Both the position numbers and the translations under genes were made by a program. The notes beneath the pieces are model-generated. The model made no database searches. It saw only the letters and a list, made by a program, of their open reading frames with translations, and was not told the DNA's origin. A stretch of DNA of 64,000 nt from Octopus sinensis (Eukaryota), in contig NC_042998.1 of NCBI RefSeq assembly GCF_006345805.1, positions 6,758,001 through 6,822,000 on the forward strand, written 5' to 3'. Shown piece by piece: positions 52,401 to 64,000 of this stretch (position 1 is the stretch's first letter; the number at the start of each line of letters is the position of its first letter).

Positions 52401-53483
52401 TGTGAAATTGTGTCTATGCTAAAACACAATTTGGAAGACAGTATACATAATATCACCTTGCTTGGAAATGGTGAGAGAATTGGAAACAGGAAGAGCATTC
52501 AACTGTCTGTCTACCTACCTACCTACCTACCTACCTACCCACCCACCCATCCATCCATCCATCCATCCACCCATCCATCCATCCATCCATCCATCCATCC
52601 ATCCATCCATCCATCCATCCATCCATCCATCCATCGACTGATCAATTGATTGATTGTGTGCATGTGTGTGTGTGTGTGTGTGTGTGTAAACACACACATA
52701 TGCCCACAAATCTATACCTGTTATCTTATCAAGGTACTTTAGCAGTTTTATTTAACAGTTTTAAGACTACAAACTCCAGATCCATTAATACAGGAAAAAA
52801 AAAAAATTCTATTTCTTAAACTTTAAAATATTTTGACATATTTATTTTATTTTTATTCATTTTTTAAAATCCTGAATATAAATATATATATAAATAAATA
52901 TATTCAGGAATATATATATTCCTGAATATATAATCCTGAATATATATATATTATATATATATATATATAATATATATATATAATATATAAAATCAAGTGT
53001 ATTTTATCTGGAATGACACAAGCTGGGATTGCCTGCATTGTGAAGTGAAATGGATATTGGATAAAACTGCTGAGGAAAAAACAAGGAAAAATGTCTTTCC
53101 AAAGTGGTTTTGTTTTACGTCTATTTATCTTTTGTATATTACAATTTTTTTTTTTTTACAGAAAATTTTGCTTCTTCACATTCTGCATGAACTTCATAAT
53201 CTTTCTATTTATTTTCTGGCTGTTTTCATTTGCTTTGTTTTTTTAAATTTTTTTTTTATTTCTCTTAAATTTCTTAAAATTTATTTTTTTATGTCACCGT
53301 TAGAGTGTGGAGACCTTAACATCTGTGTATAAATTTCTCTTTTTTTTACATATAATAGATAATTAGTGTGTTATTAAGAAACAATATTTTATACGTATTC
53401 AGATATATGATAGCAACATATATAGAATGTATGTCTTGTGTATAGATATGTATATGTACATATGTGTGTGTGCATACATATCT

Positions 53484-53621
53484 CTTTTACTTATTTCAGT
53501 CATTTGACTAAGGCCATGCTGGAGCATCGCCTTTAGTCAAGCAAATCGACCCCAGATGTTGGGGGGACAAACACAGACACAAGCAATGTTGGGGGGGACA
53601 AACACAGACACACAAACATAT

Positions 53622-53652
<31 letters not shown>

Positions 53653-53820
53653 CACATATATATGATTGGCTTCTTTCAGTTTCCATCTACCAAATCCACT
53701 CACAACGCCTTGGTTGGCCCAAAGCTATAGTAGAAGACACTTGCCCAAGGTGCCATGCAGTGGGACTGAACCCAGAACCATATGGTTGGTAAGCAACCTA
53801 CTTACCACACAGCCACTCCT
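53484..53820 (-). mobile_element. Bipartite tRNA-SINE with an internal deletion and short duplication
   Basis: Family consensus; atgttggggggacaaacacagacac is repeated at 53556 and 53586. Confidence 0.82.
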
Positions 53821-53903
53821 ATGCATATGTATGACATATGTATGTGTGAGAATGTGTCCATGTGCGTGCGTGTGTGTGTGTATGTGTGTGCATGTGTGTG
53901 TGT

Positions 53904-54205
53904 GAAGGCGCATACTTAGAGGTTAGGGTGTTGCACTAATGATTGCAAGATCGTGGGTTCGATTCCCAGATCAGGCATTGCATTGTGTTCTTGAGCAAAG
54001 CATTTCATTTCACATTGCACTGCAGTTATTTCTTCATCTGACACATGGCACATGGTTCACCTGTACAGGTAATGTTAATTTGATAGAGGGAATGAGCTTA
54101 TGTGTACACAAACATTTGATCGCTATAAACAAATCATCTGTGTGGTTGTTTGGCAAGAAATTACCAAACCCTCATATGTCGTCTAATGACAAGTGGAATC
54201 CATGA
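53904..54205 (+). mobile_element. CORE-like tRNA-SINE
   Basis: gaaggcgcatacttagaggttagggtgttgcac...gggttcgattccc...gtgttcttgagcaaagcatttc. Confidence 0.72.
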
Positions 54206-54329
54206 TATACACATACACGTATATGTGTATGTATGCATGTGTGTTTATAGATATGTATGTGTATATATGTGTATATATGATTACAGCTTAGCTGGCCAAA
54301 CTTCGATGTCACTGTCAATACTATTCATC

Positions 54330-54590
54330 ATCATCATCATCATCATCGTTTAACGTCTGTTTTCCATGCTAGCATGGGTTGGAAGGTTCAGCCAGGGTCT
54401 GAGAAGCGAGGAGTCTGCACCAGGCTCCAGTCTGATCTGGCAGTGTTTCTACAGCTTGATGCCCTTCCTAACGACAACCACTCCGTGAGTGTAGTGGGTG
54501 CTTTTTACGTGCCACCGGCACAGGGGCCAGACAGGGCTGGCAACGGCCACGATCGGCTGGTGCTTTTTTACATGCCATCAGCATGGTACT
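54330..54590 (-). mobile_element. RTE 3'-UTR-derived fragment
   Basis: catcatcatcgtttaacgtctgtttccatgctagcatgggttgg...ccactccgtgagtgtagtgggtgc. Confidence 0.82.
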
Positions 54591-54699
54591 ATTCTTGTTA
54601 AAAAGTAATAAATTTGTACAAAAGAGAGAAAAGTATGGAGCAACCCTTCAGATTAATGTAAAATTGTTTTTATCATAACTGAACATAAAAACAAACATT

Positions 54700-55200
54700 A
54701 TATGTGTGTATGTGTCTGTGTGTTTGTTTGTGTGTAAGTGTGTATATGCGTGTGTGTGTGTGTGTGTGCGTGTGCGTGTGCATGTGTGCCTATATATATA
54801 TATGTATATATATGTGTATATATATGTATATATATGTATATATATGTATATATATATGTGTATATATATGTGTATATATATGTGTATATATATGTGTATA
54901 TATATATATGTATATATATATATAATATATATGTATATATATATGTATATATGTATATATATACGTATATATATGTGTATATATATGTATATATATGTGT
55001 ATATATATATATATATGTGTGTTTGTATATATATATATATATATATATGTGTATATATATATATGTGTATATATATATGGTATATATATATATATATATA
55101 TAATATATATATATATGTGTGTGTATATATATATATATATGTGTGTGTATATATATATATATATATATGTGTGTGTATGTATATATATATATATATATAC
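54700..55200. repeat. (TG)n/(TA)n compound microsatellite
   Basis: Visible directly. Confidence 0.92.
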
Positions 55201-56585
55201 GAGTGTTAAGGATCTGAATTCCTTTGTCTTTTCTGTATGCATAGATAGACAGATTGAAAGGGAAAATATACAATTCTCACAGCAGATCATTGTGGAAATA
55301 CGAAAATATTAAAACTAGAAATTTCTTTTTACGCAAAATCAATGAAGTAAGAATTTCAATGAATATCGATTATCAACAAGCATAACATACCCCCTCCTCA
55401 TCCTTATACTTTCTAGTCCTAAAATTAGAACATTTCCTTTGGAATATACTTTAAAGATACATACATTCAGAATTGAAATCCCATTTTTCAGTTTATCTAG
55501 AAATATATATTCTGAAATATGGTAAAAATAAATGAAGAAAGAATAAAAAAAAAAAAATTTTATTCATAACTAGCAATTCTTGCCATTATTTTCCTTCATC
55601 TATTTCTCGTCATTTTCAGCTTTTATTTTTATTTTTATGTTTATGAATATTTTTTTTGCTTTATCTATCAACCTTTCATTTTTTAAAAAATTCTTTTTGA
55701 TATTTATTTATTTATTAATCTTTTTTGTGGCTGTTTTCTTTTTCTTTTTACTACAGAGAAACAAGATATTCCATCGTAATCTAACATATTTTTTTTCTGT
55801 TTTCTTTTGTTTTGTTTTTTACTTTGTTTTGAATTCAGTCAGTAAAAAGAAAAAAAAATATCCAATGGAAAAGTATTCCACACACACACACATATGCATA
55901 TATATACACATACACATACACTCACACACACACATTTATTGAGACATTGCCTCTTTCATCGATTTTATTTTCCTGTCTACCTGATGACAGAAACGTTTCC
56001 CCCTCACCCTCACCCTCACTCTCATCCCCACCCTGACCTGCCCACCCCCCACGCTCTGCCACATCTCAGCAGTTCTACCTAACTGTCTATCAAACTGCCT
56101 GCCAACATACACATTTCTTTACTTCACCACCACTGCCACCGCCGCCACAACCACCACCACCACCACCATCACAACCACCACAGCCACCACCTACCACTTT
56201 TTCTTACCTGCCACACACACACACGCGCGCACGCACACACACACACACATACATACACATGCACACAGACCACATGTATCAGTCTATTCATCCTAATTCT
56301 CTTTCTAACCATTCCGCTTATCTACTTGTGTAGTAAGCAAGGCTTCCCTACCTCACCCCCCACCAGCCATTCACCCTTTAGCAATGTAACTTTTTACCTA
56401 ATTATCTTCCTTCTTACTGATATTCTTCTCTGCCAAACACTGATACATTTTGACTAATATATACACTCGGTAGTAAGATTAATATGTGTATATGTGCATG
56501 TATGTATGTGTGTATTTACTATTACATTTTGGTTAATTTTTGGTTCCTAAACTTTAAAGTAATATATATATATATATATATATGT

Positions 56586-56748
56586 GGGTGCAGGAATGGC
56601 TGTGTGGTAAGAAGCTTGCTTCCCAACCACATGGTTCTGGGTTCAGTCTCACTGCATGGCACCTTTGGTAAATGTCTTCTACTATAGCCTCAGGCCGACC
56701 AAAGCCTTGTGAGTGGATTTGGTAGATGGAAACTGAAAGAAGCCAGTC

Positions 56749-56814
<66 letters not shown>

Positions 56815-56930
56815 CTGTGTTTCTCCCCCCAACATCACTTGACAACCGGTGTTGGTGTGTTTAAGTCCCTGTAACTGAGCAGTTCGGCAAAAGAGACCAA
56901 CAGAATAAGTACTAGGTTCAATTCCTTTGA
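56586..56930 (+). mobile_element. Bipartite tRNA-SINE, 3'-truncated
   Basis: Family consensus. Confidence 0.82.
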
Positions 56931-57177
56931 CTAAAATCAATCATCCAGGCCCATATATTAATGGAAGTGGCTGTTGCAAGATCTGCATCATGGGGAGAGC
57001 CAAAATTCTTAAGGACTAAAAGAAACCTGGCGCATTAAACAGCCATAAAGAAGTTTTCTAAATATATACACTTCAAGCACCACTTACTGGAAAATAGGAT
57101 CTCCCTGTTTGTTAGTTAGGGTCTATAAGGGTGTTTTTCCCCCCTCAGATTCAGGGGTTATAACCCATCTTCATTAA

Positions 57178-57403
57178 CCCTTTCATTACCAACCCGGCTG
57201 AAACCGGACCGGCTCTGGCTCTGAGTACAAATATCATGTTTTCATAAGTTTTGAATTAAAATCTTCCCCCAAACCTTAGTCACAATTTATGTTCCTAGCA
57301 CTAGCTTAATGATAACTAAGTTATTTTACTAAATTCTTTGTTTGTATTTAAAGTAATTGAAAGAAATACAAAGCATCTCAAAATAAATACAGTAACGAAA
57401 GGG
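57178..57403. mobile_element. piggyBac-type MITE (same family as 6161-6380)
   Basis: TTAA flanks; CCCTTTCATTAC / GTAACGAAAGGG. Confidence 0.9.
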
Positions 57404-57799
57404 TTAATGTTTTTTTTTTGCTAAGATGTATTCCTTGAGTTCTGAGCATTTCCTCACATCTGCAACGGAGATATTCTAAATTTTGTATTTTTATGGAGTC
57501 TGACGCGGTGTCCACAAGGCTGTGACTTTGGGGATGCGAAACCTTGGGTAACTCTATCTCCAAGATATGAAATTTTTGTTGAAATTATTTACTGCTCTAT
57601 TCTTCAGAGTGTGTTTCTTTCTGATATACGTCTTTTTATTAAATATATATTTATATGTGATGATGACGATGATGATGACAATGATGATGATGATGATGAT
57701 ATATGATGACGATGATGATGACGATGATGATATATGATGATGATGATGATGATGACGATGATGATGACGATGACGATGATGATGATGTGTATGAATTTA

Positions 57800-58580
57800 T
57801 GTATACTCATACATGCACATACACAAAGTGTTTTAAGGTCATTCACCTCTGAAAAAGCCAGGGTTCGCCTTGCATACTTCATGATGATCTTCTCCGGTTT
57901 TTTTGCCTTATTTTGTATTCCTTCTATCCTCACCCTCTTCCTTCATTTCATTCCCCATCATTTTTTAAACATATTTTTTTACTGTGTTGCTCTTTCATTT
58001 CAAATTCGCTTCCAGCACTCTTCTCACCCAGATACTTCCAACCTTTCTCTGCACATGGCTCAGCCATTTCATCCCATTTCTTTCCACAACATTCATCACT
58101 GGCTCTATACCCATCCTTCTCCACAATGCATAATAGCAGTTTTTCTCTAATTTATATATATATATATATTGTGAAATTTGATTTAATACTAAATTGAATT
58201 TTTCCCTGTAAGTTTGGAGTTATACTCCCTAATATTCTATATATATATAAGTAATCTCCGTAATACCCCACTCACCAGCCAAATCATTCCCCTTTTTCAT
58301 TCTCTTCAATCTTTTGAGCTATTCTATATTTATTACTTGTGTTTTACTCCCATACATTATGGCATTTCCTCTTAGCTTCAGCAACACTTTTCTTCTCTTT
58401 AATAAAACAGTCAGCTATCAGCGCTTCCTCTCTGCTCATTTCACTCCATTTGCTGCATCCATTTCATTTTCTTCATTCAATTTTTCAATCGTTATGCCAT
58501 TTCCAAGATCCAAGCCAGCATTCTCTCCATCCATAGCTTCTCAATACCACACTTTAAATCTAAGTGTAGCTACCACATGA
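57800..58580 (-). mobile_element. Old RTE-clade LINE C-terminal fragment, interrupted at 58128-58258
   Basis: The minus strand gives LKRRKVLLKLRG..AIMYGV...LKRLKRMKKGMIWLVSG then WRRMGIEPVMNVVERNGMKWLSHVQRK....WVRRVLE, matching RTE motifs MLYG.E.W and RLRW.GHV.R. Confidence 0.68.
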
Positions 58581-58683
58581 ATTCATAAACCCCTCATATC
58601 ATATATTATCAATCAATTTATCCTGGAGCATATTGTATATTTATTATATTTCTATGTACATTTATGAAGGTATATTATATATA

Positions 58684-59075
58684 AGGCGCAGGAGTGGCTG
58701 TGTGGTAAGTAGCTTGCTAACCAACCACATGGTTCCGGGTTCAGTCCCACTGCGTGGCATCTTGGGCAAGTGTCTTCTGCTATAGCCCCGGGCCGACCAA
58801 TGCCTTGTGAGTGGATTTGGTAGACGGAAACTGAAAGAAGCTTGTCGTATATATATATGTATATATGTATGTTTGTGTGTCTGTGTTTGTCCCCCTAGCA
58901 TTGCTTGACAACCGATGCTGGTGTGTTTACGTCCCCGTCACTTAGCGGTTCGGCAAAAGAGACCGATAGAATAAGTACTGGGCTTACAAAGAATAAGTCC
59001 TGGGGTCGATTTGCTCGACTAAAGGCGGTGCTCCAGCATGGCCGCAGTCAAATGACTGAAACAAGTAAAAGAAAA
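58684..59075 (+). mobile_element. Young bipartite tRNA-SINE, full copy (best in-window reference)
   Basis: aggcgcaggagtggctgtgtggtaag ... gactgaaacaagtaaaag. Confidence 0.93.
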
Positions 59076-59119
59076 AAAAGAAATATATGTCATAATCATC
59101 ATAATATATATAATATATA

Positions 59120-59335
59120 TAAGGTGGCGAGTTGGCAGAAACGTTAGCACGGTGGGCAAAATGCTTTGCAGTATTTGTCTTTACATTCTGAGTTCAAATT
59201 CCACCATGGTCAGCTTTACTTTGCATCCTTTTGGAGTTGATAAATTAAGCACCAGTTGTGTACTGGGGTCAATCTAATCAACTGGCCCCCACCCCCAAAA
59301 TTTCAGACCTTATACCTAGAGTAGAAAAGGATATA
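59120..59335 (+). mobile_element. Single copy of the ~200-bp SINE that forms the 22.4-26.2 kb cluster
   Basis: ggtggcgagttggcagaaacgttagcac...ttctgagttcaaattcc...gataaattaagcaccag...agtagaaaagg. Confidence 0.82.
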
Positions 59336-59391
59336 TATCATATATAATTATAAATGTTCATACATATGAAGATGTATATGTATATATATAT

Positions 59392-59615
59392 ATCATCATC
59401 ATCATCGTTTAATGTCTGCTTTCCATGCTAGCATGGGTTGGACGCTTCGACCGGGGATCTGGGAAGCCAGAAGGCTGCACCAGGCTCCAGTCTGATCTGG
59501 CAGAGTTTCTACAGCTGGATGCCCTTCCTAACGCTAACCACTCCGAGAGTGCTGTAGGTGCTTTTATGTGCCACTGGCACGAGGGCCAGTCAGGTGGCGC
59601 TGGCAATGGCCACGC
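59392..59615 (-). mobile_element. RTE 3'-UTR-derived fragment
   Basis: catcatcatcgtttaatgtctgctttccatgctagcatggg...cacgagggccagtcagg. Confidence 0.85.
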
Positions 59616-59914
59616 TTATATATATATAATATTTATTTGTTTTTTCTTATGTCTTTTTTTCGTTGCTAGCATAGTTTGGATGGAGACCTACTTTAAAGCA
59701 CCATTTTATGGCAGGATAACCCTGCTGTTACCACCCGTTACTAGTTTCAAGTAGAAGATTACTTACATATATATAGAATATTAGGGAGTATAACTTCAAA
59801 CTTACAGGGAAAAATTCAATTTAGTATTAAATCAAATTTCACAATATAAATATATATATATATATATATAAATTAGGGAAAAACTGCTATTATGTAATTC
59901 AGTATGTATATATG

Positions 59915-59959
<45 letters not shown>

Positions 59960-59960
<1 letters not shown>

Positions 59961-60115
59961 GGGCTTCTTTCTCTTTCTGTTTGCCACATCAACTCGCAAG
60001 GCTTTGGTCAGCCTGAGGCTACAGTGGAAGATGCTTGACCAAGATGCCATGCAGTAGGACTGAACCCGAAACCATATGGCTGCATAGCAAACTTCGAACT
60101 ACACAGCCATGCCAA
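59960..60115 (-). mobile_element. Bipartite tRNA-SINE, 5' half
   Basis: gggcttctttc...gctttggtcagcctgaggctac...ctacacagcc. Confidence 0.7.
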
Positions 60116-61039
60116 TATGCTGTGAAGTTCCATATGTTCTGCTGTAGGCTGATGATTTCCAACCTGTGACTATTTCACTTCATATTACATAGTTTATTGT
60201 TGCTTCTGGGAAAAACATGAATGCCCCATCACCTCTTTTTCCACTCTGACAAAAGTTCTTGGAAAGAATCACTCATTCATGGATGTTGGTGTGATTACAA
60301 ATTCTGAAGCAGGAACTGTTTAACTCAGTTTAATTCATCGGTTTGTAAAATAAATGAATAATTTATTAGTTATCAGGTTATTCCAGAATATTATCTTAAA
60401 TGTGTTTATGCATTTAAAATGGGTTAATTTCATCTGAAATTTGCTTCTATTTACATTTAAATATTTTGTTTCTGTTATGTTATCATTCTTCTTACAAAAA
60501 TACTATACCATCATGCTTCAGTAATTGTTGCTTAGCGCCAAGTTGGCCATGATTGAGGGGACTGATAATTAAAGCCTTGTTTTTTACCATTTTAATGCCA
60601 GAAATATTGTATGCTAGACTCCATTATCCAATTTGTCATTCTTTTTAATACATTTGAATGTAGTCTGAGGCGGAGTTAGCCGCTATTTCTAAAAGCTTTC
60701 TTGACCACATAATGGATTTTTCTTTGGCTCACAACTGTGATATACGGTATTCTGTGTTGAGTCTACCATTTTTTTAATATCAGTTTATACGCCTAAGAAT
60801 ATTCCTCAGATAAGGTAGGCTGCCAACTTCAATAGTTACAACATGCTAAATTTTCAATGAATTCTGCCAAGAAACCAGCTCTAAGGGATTGTTCACTTTA
60901 ATACAATTTAGCTTTTGGTGCACTCATAAGTTCTGTCTCTTCCAACTTGCAACACATTTTCATGTTTCCATAAATCTTAGCTATTGAAGAAACTAAGACA
61001 TATCTCTACATACAAATAAAGCACTTGTCACTTATATAG

Positions 61040-61295
61040 TGGAAGCGTGTGACTTAGTGGTTAAAGGTGTTGGATTCATGATTGTAAGATTGTGGTTTCA
61101 ATTCCTGGACTGAGCAATGCATTGTGTTCTTGAGCAAAGCACTTCATTTCACGTTGCTTTAGTCCACTCAGCTGGCAAAAATGAGTAATCCTGCAATGAA
61201 TTGGGGGGTCCTGCCCAGGTGAGGAATATATATGCCATGGAAACTGGGAAACTGGCCCTTATGAGTTGGTATGACTCAAGTATGACTTCAGAAGA
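61040..61295 (+). mobile_element. CORE-like tRNA-SINE
   Basis: gtgacttagtggttaaagg...gtttcaattcctgg...gtgttcttgagcaaagcacttcatttcac...ccactcagctggcaaaaatgag. Confidence 0.72.
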
Positions 61296-61427
61296 AAACT
61301 TTACCTTTAATCACTTATACACAGAGTGGCTGTGTGTTGTGTGTTTACCTACACATGTGTGTAGGAGAATGGTCAGTAGAAAGGTATTTAACTGGTAGTT
61401 TGAAGTATGTGTGTATGTTGTTTGCAA

Positions 61428-61493
<66 letters not shown>

Positions 61494-61500
61494 AATATAT

Positions 61501-61536
<36 letters not shown>

Positions 61537-63512
61537 CGCAGACATACATGCATGCATATATACATACATACATACATACATACATACATAAATACATACA
61601 GAGAGAATTAGATATATGAAATATAATATAATAGTTAGGGCACTAAACACAACTTGATCCCTCTTATACCCACTCTTTACCCTGTGGCATCGATTTCCTG
61701 TAAAGATTTTGGAGTCTTTTTGAATCTTTTTGAGCACTGCTGTGTCTTCTATAGTGAGAATCTCTGGATCTTATCTATGGACTCTGTGTGTATGTGTGTG
61801 TGTCCTTGTCTAGACATTATATGATGGTTATAAACAAGTACCATTGTCTACACAAGCAAACTTGTTTGCTTCCAGCCCTCTATGGCAAAAATTTGTCTAA
61901 GAATGGGAAAATATTACCTTACTTGGAAACAGGTAAAGGTTGGTGACAGGCAGAGCATGAGGCTGTAAAAAAAATCTACCTCAACAAATTTTGTCTGAGC
62001 CATGCAAGCACGGAAAAGTGGACACTAAATGATGATGAAGATGATGATGATATCAAGAGAGAGAAAGAGACAAGCAGAAAGAGAGAAATAGGTTGATAGT
62101 GAAATGAAGAGAAATTTAATATGTAATATGCAAGCTGCTCCTGTTTTCTATCCATATTATGATTCAATCTCCAGATAAACAAAAAATACAAAGAAACCTG
62201 ATTTTTATAGACACTAACTCATCTGTAACCAGACGCCCTCCAGTGCATACATGCATTAATACATGAACATACAGACTATCATATTATAATCTTGATCTTA
62301 AATTTATTTACTGCAAGATTGAAATTTATTCAACTGTTCTAGATTTCAAAACTCTTCTCTAGATTTTAATTATGTTTTCTCAAGAATGAAATTTTAATCA
62401 TGAATTCAACAGAACAAAATTATCTTCTCCATTGATAAATTTCACAGAAATCTACTTTAAGCTTCACACTTCTATGGCTGATTTCACCAAATTAAGTAAA
62501 AGAGTACATACACATAATATAGAAGTGTATGTGTGTGTCTGTGTGCACACGTGTGTATGTATGTATATATATGCATATATATATATGCAAACATGTAAAT
62601 ATATGTGTATGTGAGTGTCTATAGAGATGCACACATGTATAAATATGTATATATATATGCATGCATCTATGCATATTTGTGATTTGGAGTGTAAGTGAAA
62701 GAGTATGAAAGAAGTAGAATATGCAAGAATGAAATTGTGAGAGAAGGAGAGTTATTTTTAATTATTCATTAATAAATATCTGGTTATGGGTCTGGAAATA
62801 GTTTAGAAAACTTGTAAATATATTTGAATTTATCTTGAGTTTTATTATTGGAGAATCGAATTTAACTTGAAAGTAAAATCAAATGTTTTAAGGCATGTGG
62901 AATGTTATAAACGATTTTGATTGAAAAATACTTAGAGAACTTCTTTAATTTTCAGGAAAGTACACTAAAAGACGTTGGTTCTTTTTTTGTCTACAGGTGA
63001 CATCTACAATCCTAACATCCACATAAAAGGCTTTGAAATATTTGTTACATTAAGTGATCTGTTAATAGTTAATCTTATGATTAGAGAAAACTACTTAATT
63101 GTGTAATGTAGGACTCGATCAACGGAACAAGCCTTTTTTATTTTTGGACTTTGTTATTCCTAACTTTTCATTAATAATTCTTTCTAGGATAGGCACAGGG
63201 CCTGACTTTTTTTCATGTGTATGTGTGTTAGAGGTAGAAGTGCAAGTTAATCACATTAGACCCCCCCCCCCAGTACCCAATTGGTACTCATCTTATCAGA
63301 TTGAGGAGGCCTGTGATCAAGGCTCACCATCTAATCGTCTAGATTATCCAGTGTGTCCTTTCATTTTCAAAGATGCTTAAGTGTGACACAGAGGGAGATC
63401 TGACTACTACTTCTATTAGATTGAACCAGTGCATACAGGCTTTTTTCATTGGTTTGTTAAGACTAGATGTTAACTTCTACACCAGAAAGAGAATCAAGAA
63501 GTACATTTCTGT

Positions 63513-63547
<35 letters not shown>

Positions 63548-64000
63548 TTCAATTACTTGTTACTCAATCATAAAAAAATTCTCAAAGTGGTGTCAAAGAA
63601 GTTATGCACTAAATTCACTTCTTAATGGGGAAAAAAATCACTGTTAAATCTTAAATGAATTTTCTATGGCTCTCTTAATGTTACTGCAATTTCCATGTAG
63701 ACTCTGATATTAAGTAACAATGTATGTACAACAGTTGTGGATAAATTAATAGATGAAAGTGCTATATTTCTATACTTGAATGTTATTTTTTTCAGAAAAT
63801 CTCAGTGTTAGGAATATTCATAGATCATTGCTTATTCTATCATTTCTATTCCTTAAATATTTGAATTCTGGTAAATACAAAACAGACGATGGGATCGTTT
63901 TTGTGTGATCCTATCCACATCTTTTACTTGTCTGATGTTAAAAATCTTTGACTATGAATGTGTATATGGATACACACACACACACGTCCCCATAACTTAG

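Noticed and set aside
62997-63870. Two strong acceptor-like sites (62997 and 63796) as RasGRF exon 2
   Set aside because: Both hit stop codons in phase 0 (TAA after nine codons; TGA at 63862) and do not resemble RasGRF.

Overview
Repeat-saturated, AT-rich animal genomic DNA. The SINE families, RTE LINEs and dense (TA)n/(TATC)n/(TG)n microsatellites look like an octopus (coleoid cephalopod) genome; this assignment is from recognition, not a database search. The only host coding sequence I can support is the first coding exon of a RasGRF1/2 orthologue (19281-19547, +; N-terminal PH domain). It has CpG-enriched candidate promoter segments and an ~800-bp trinucleotide mosaic upstream, and a first intron that appears to run past the end of the window (>44 kb). 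The rest is transposon-derived: CR1 and RTE LINE fragments, a fossil Penelope-like GIY-YIG region, Tc1, DD37D-mariner-like and hAT remnants, piggyBac-type and mariner-type MITEs, non-autonomous Helitrons and several tRNA-SINE families. Nearly all ORFs in the supplied track are microsatellite artefacts. The most unusual structures are (i) a head-to-head palindrome of a tRNA-head/(TAA)n/hammerhead-ribozyme composite at 33.9-35.2 kb, (ii) a co-oriented nest of about 19 SINE copies at 22.4-26.2 kb, (iii) a PHD finger inside an RTE reverse transcriptase, and (iv) TA-flanked inserts with inverted terminal duplications. No CRISPR, rRNA or intact tRNA gene was found.
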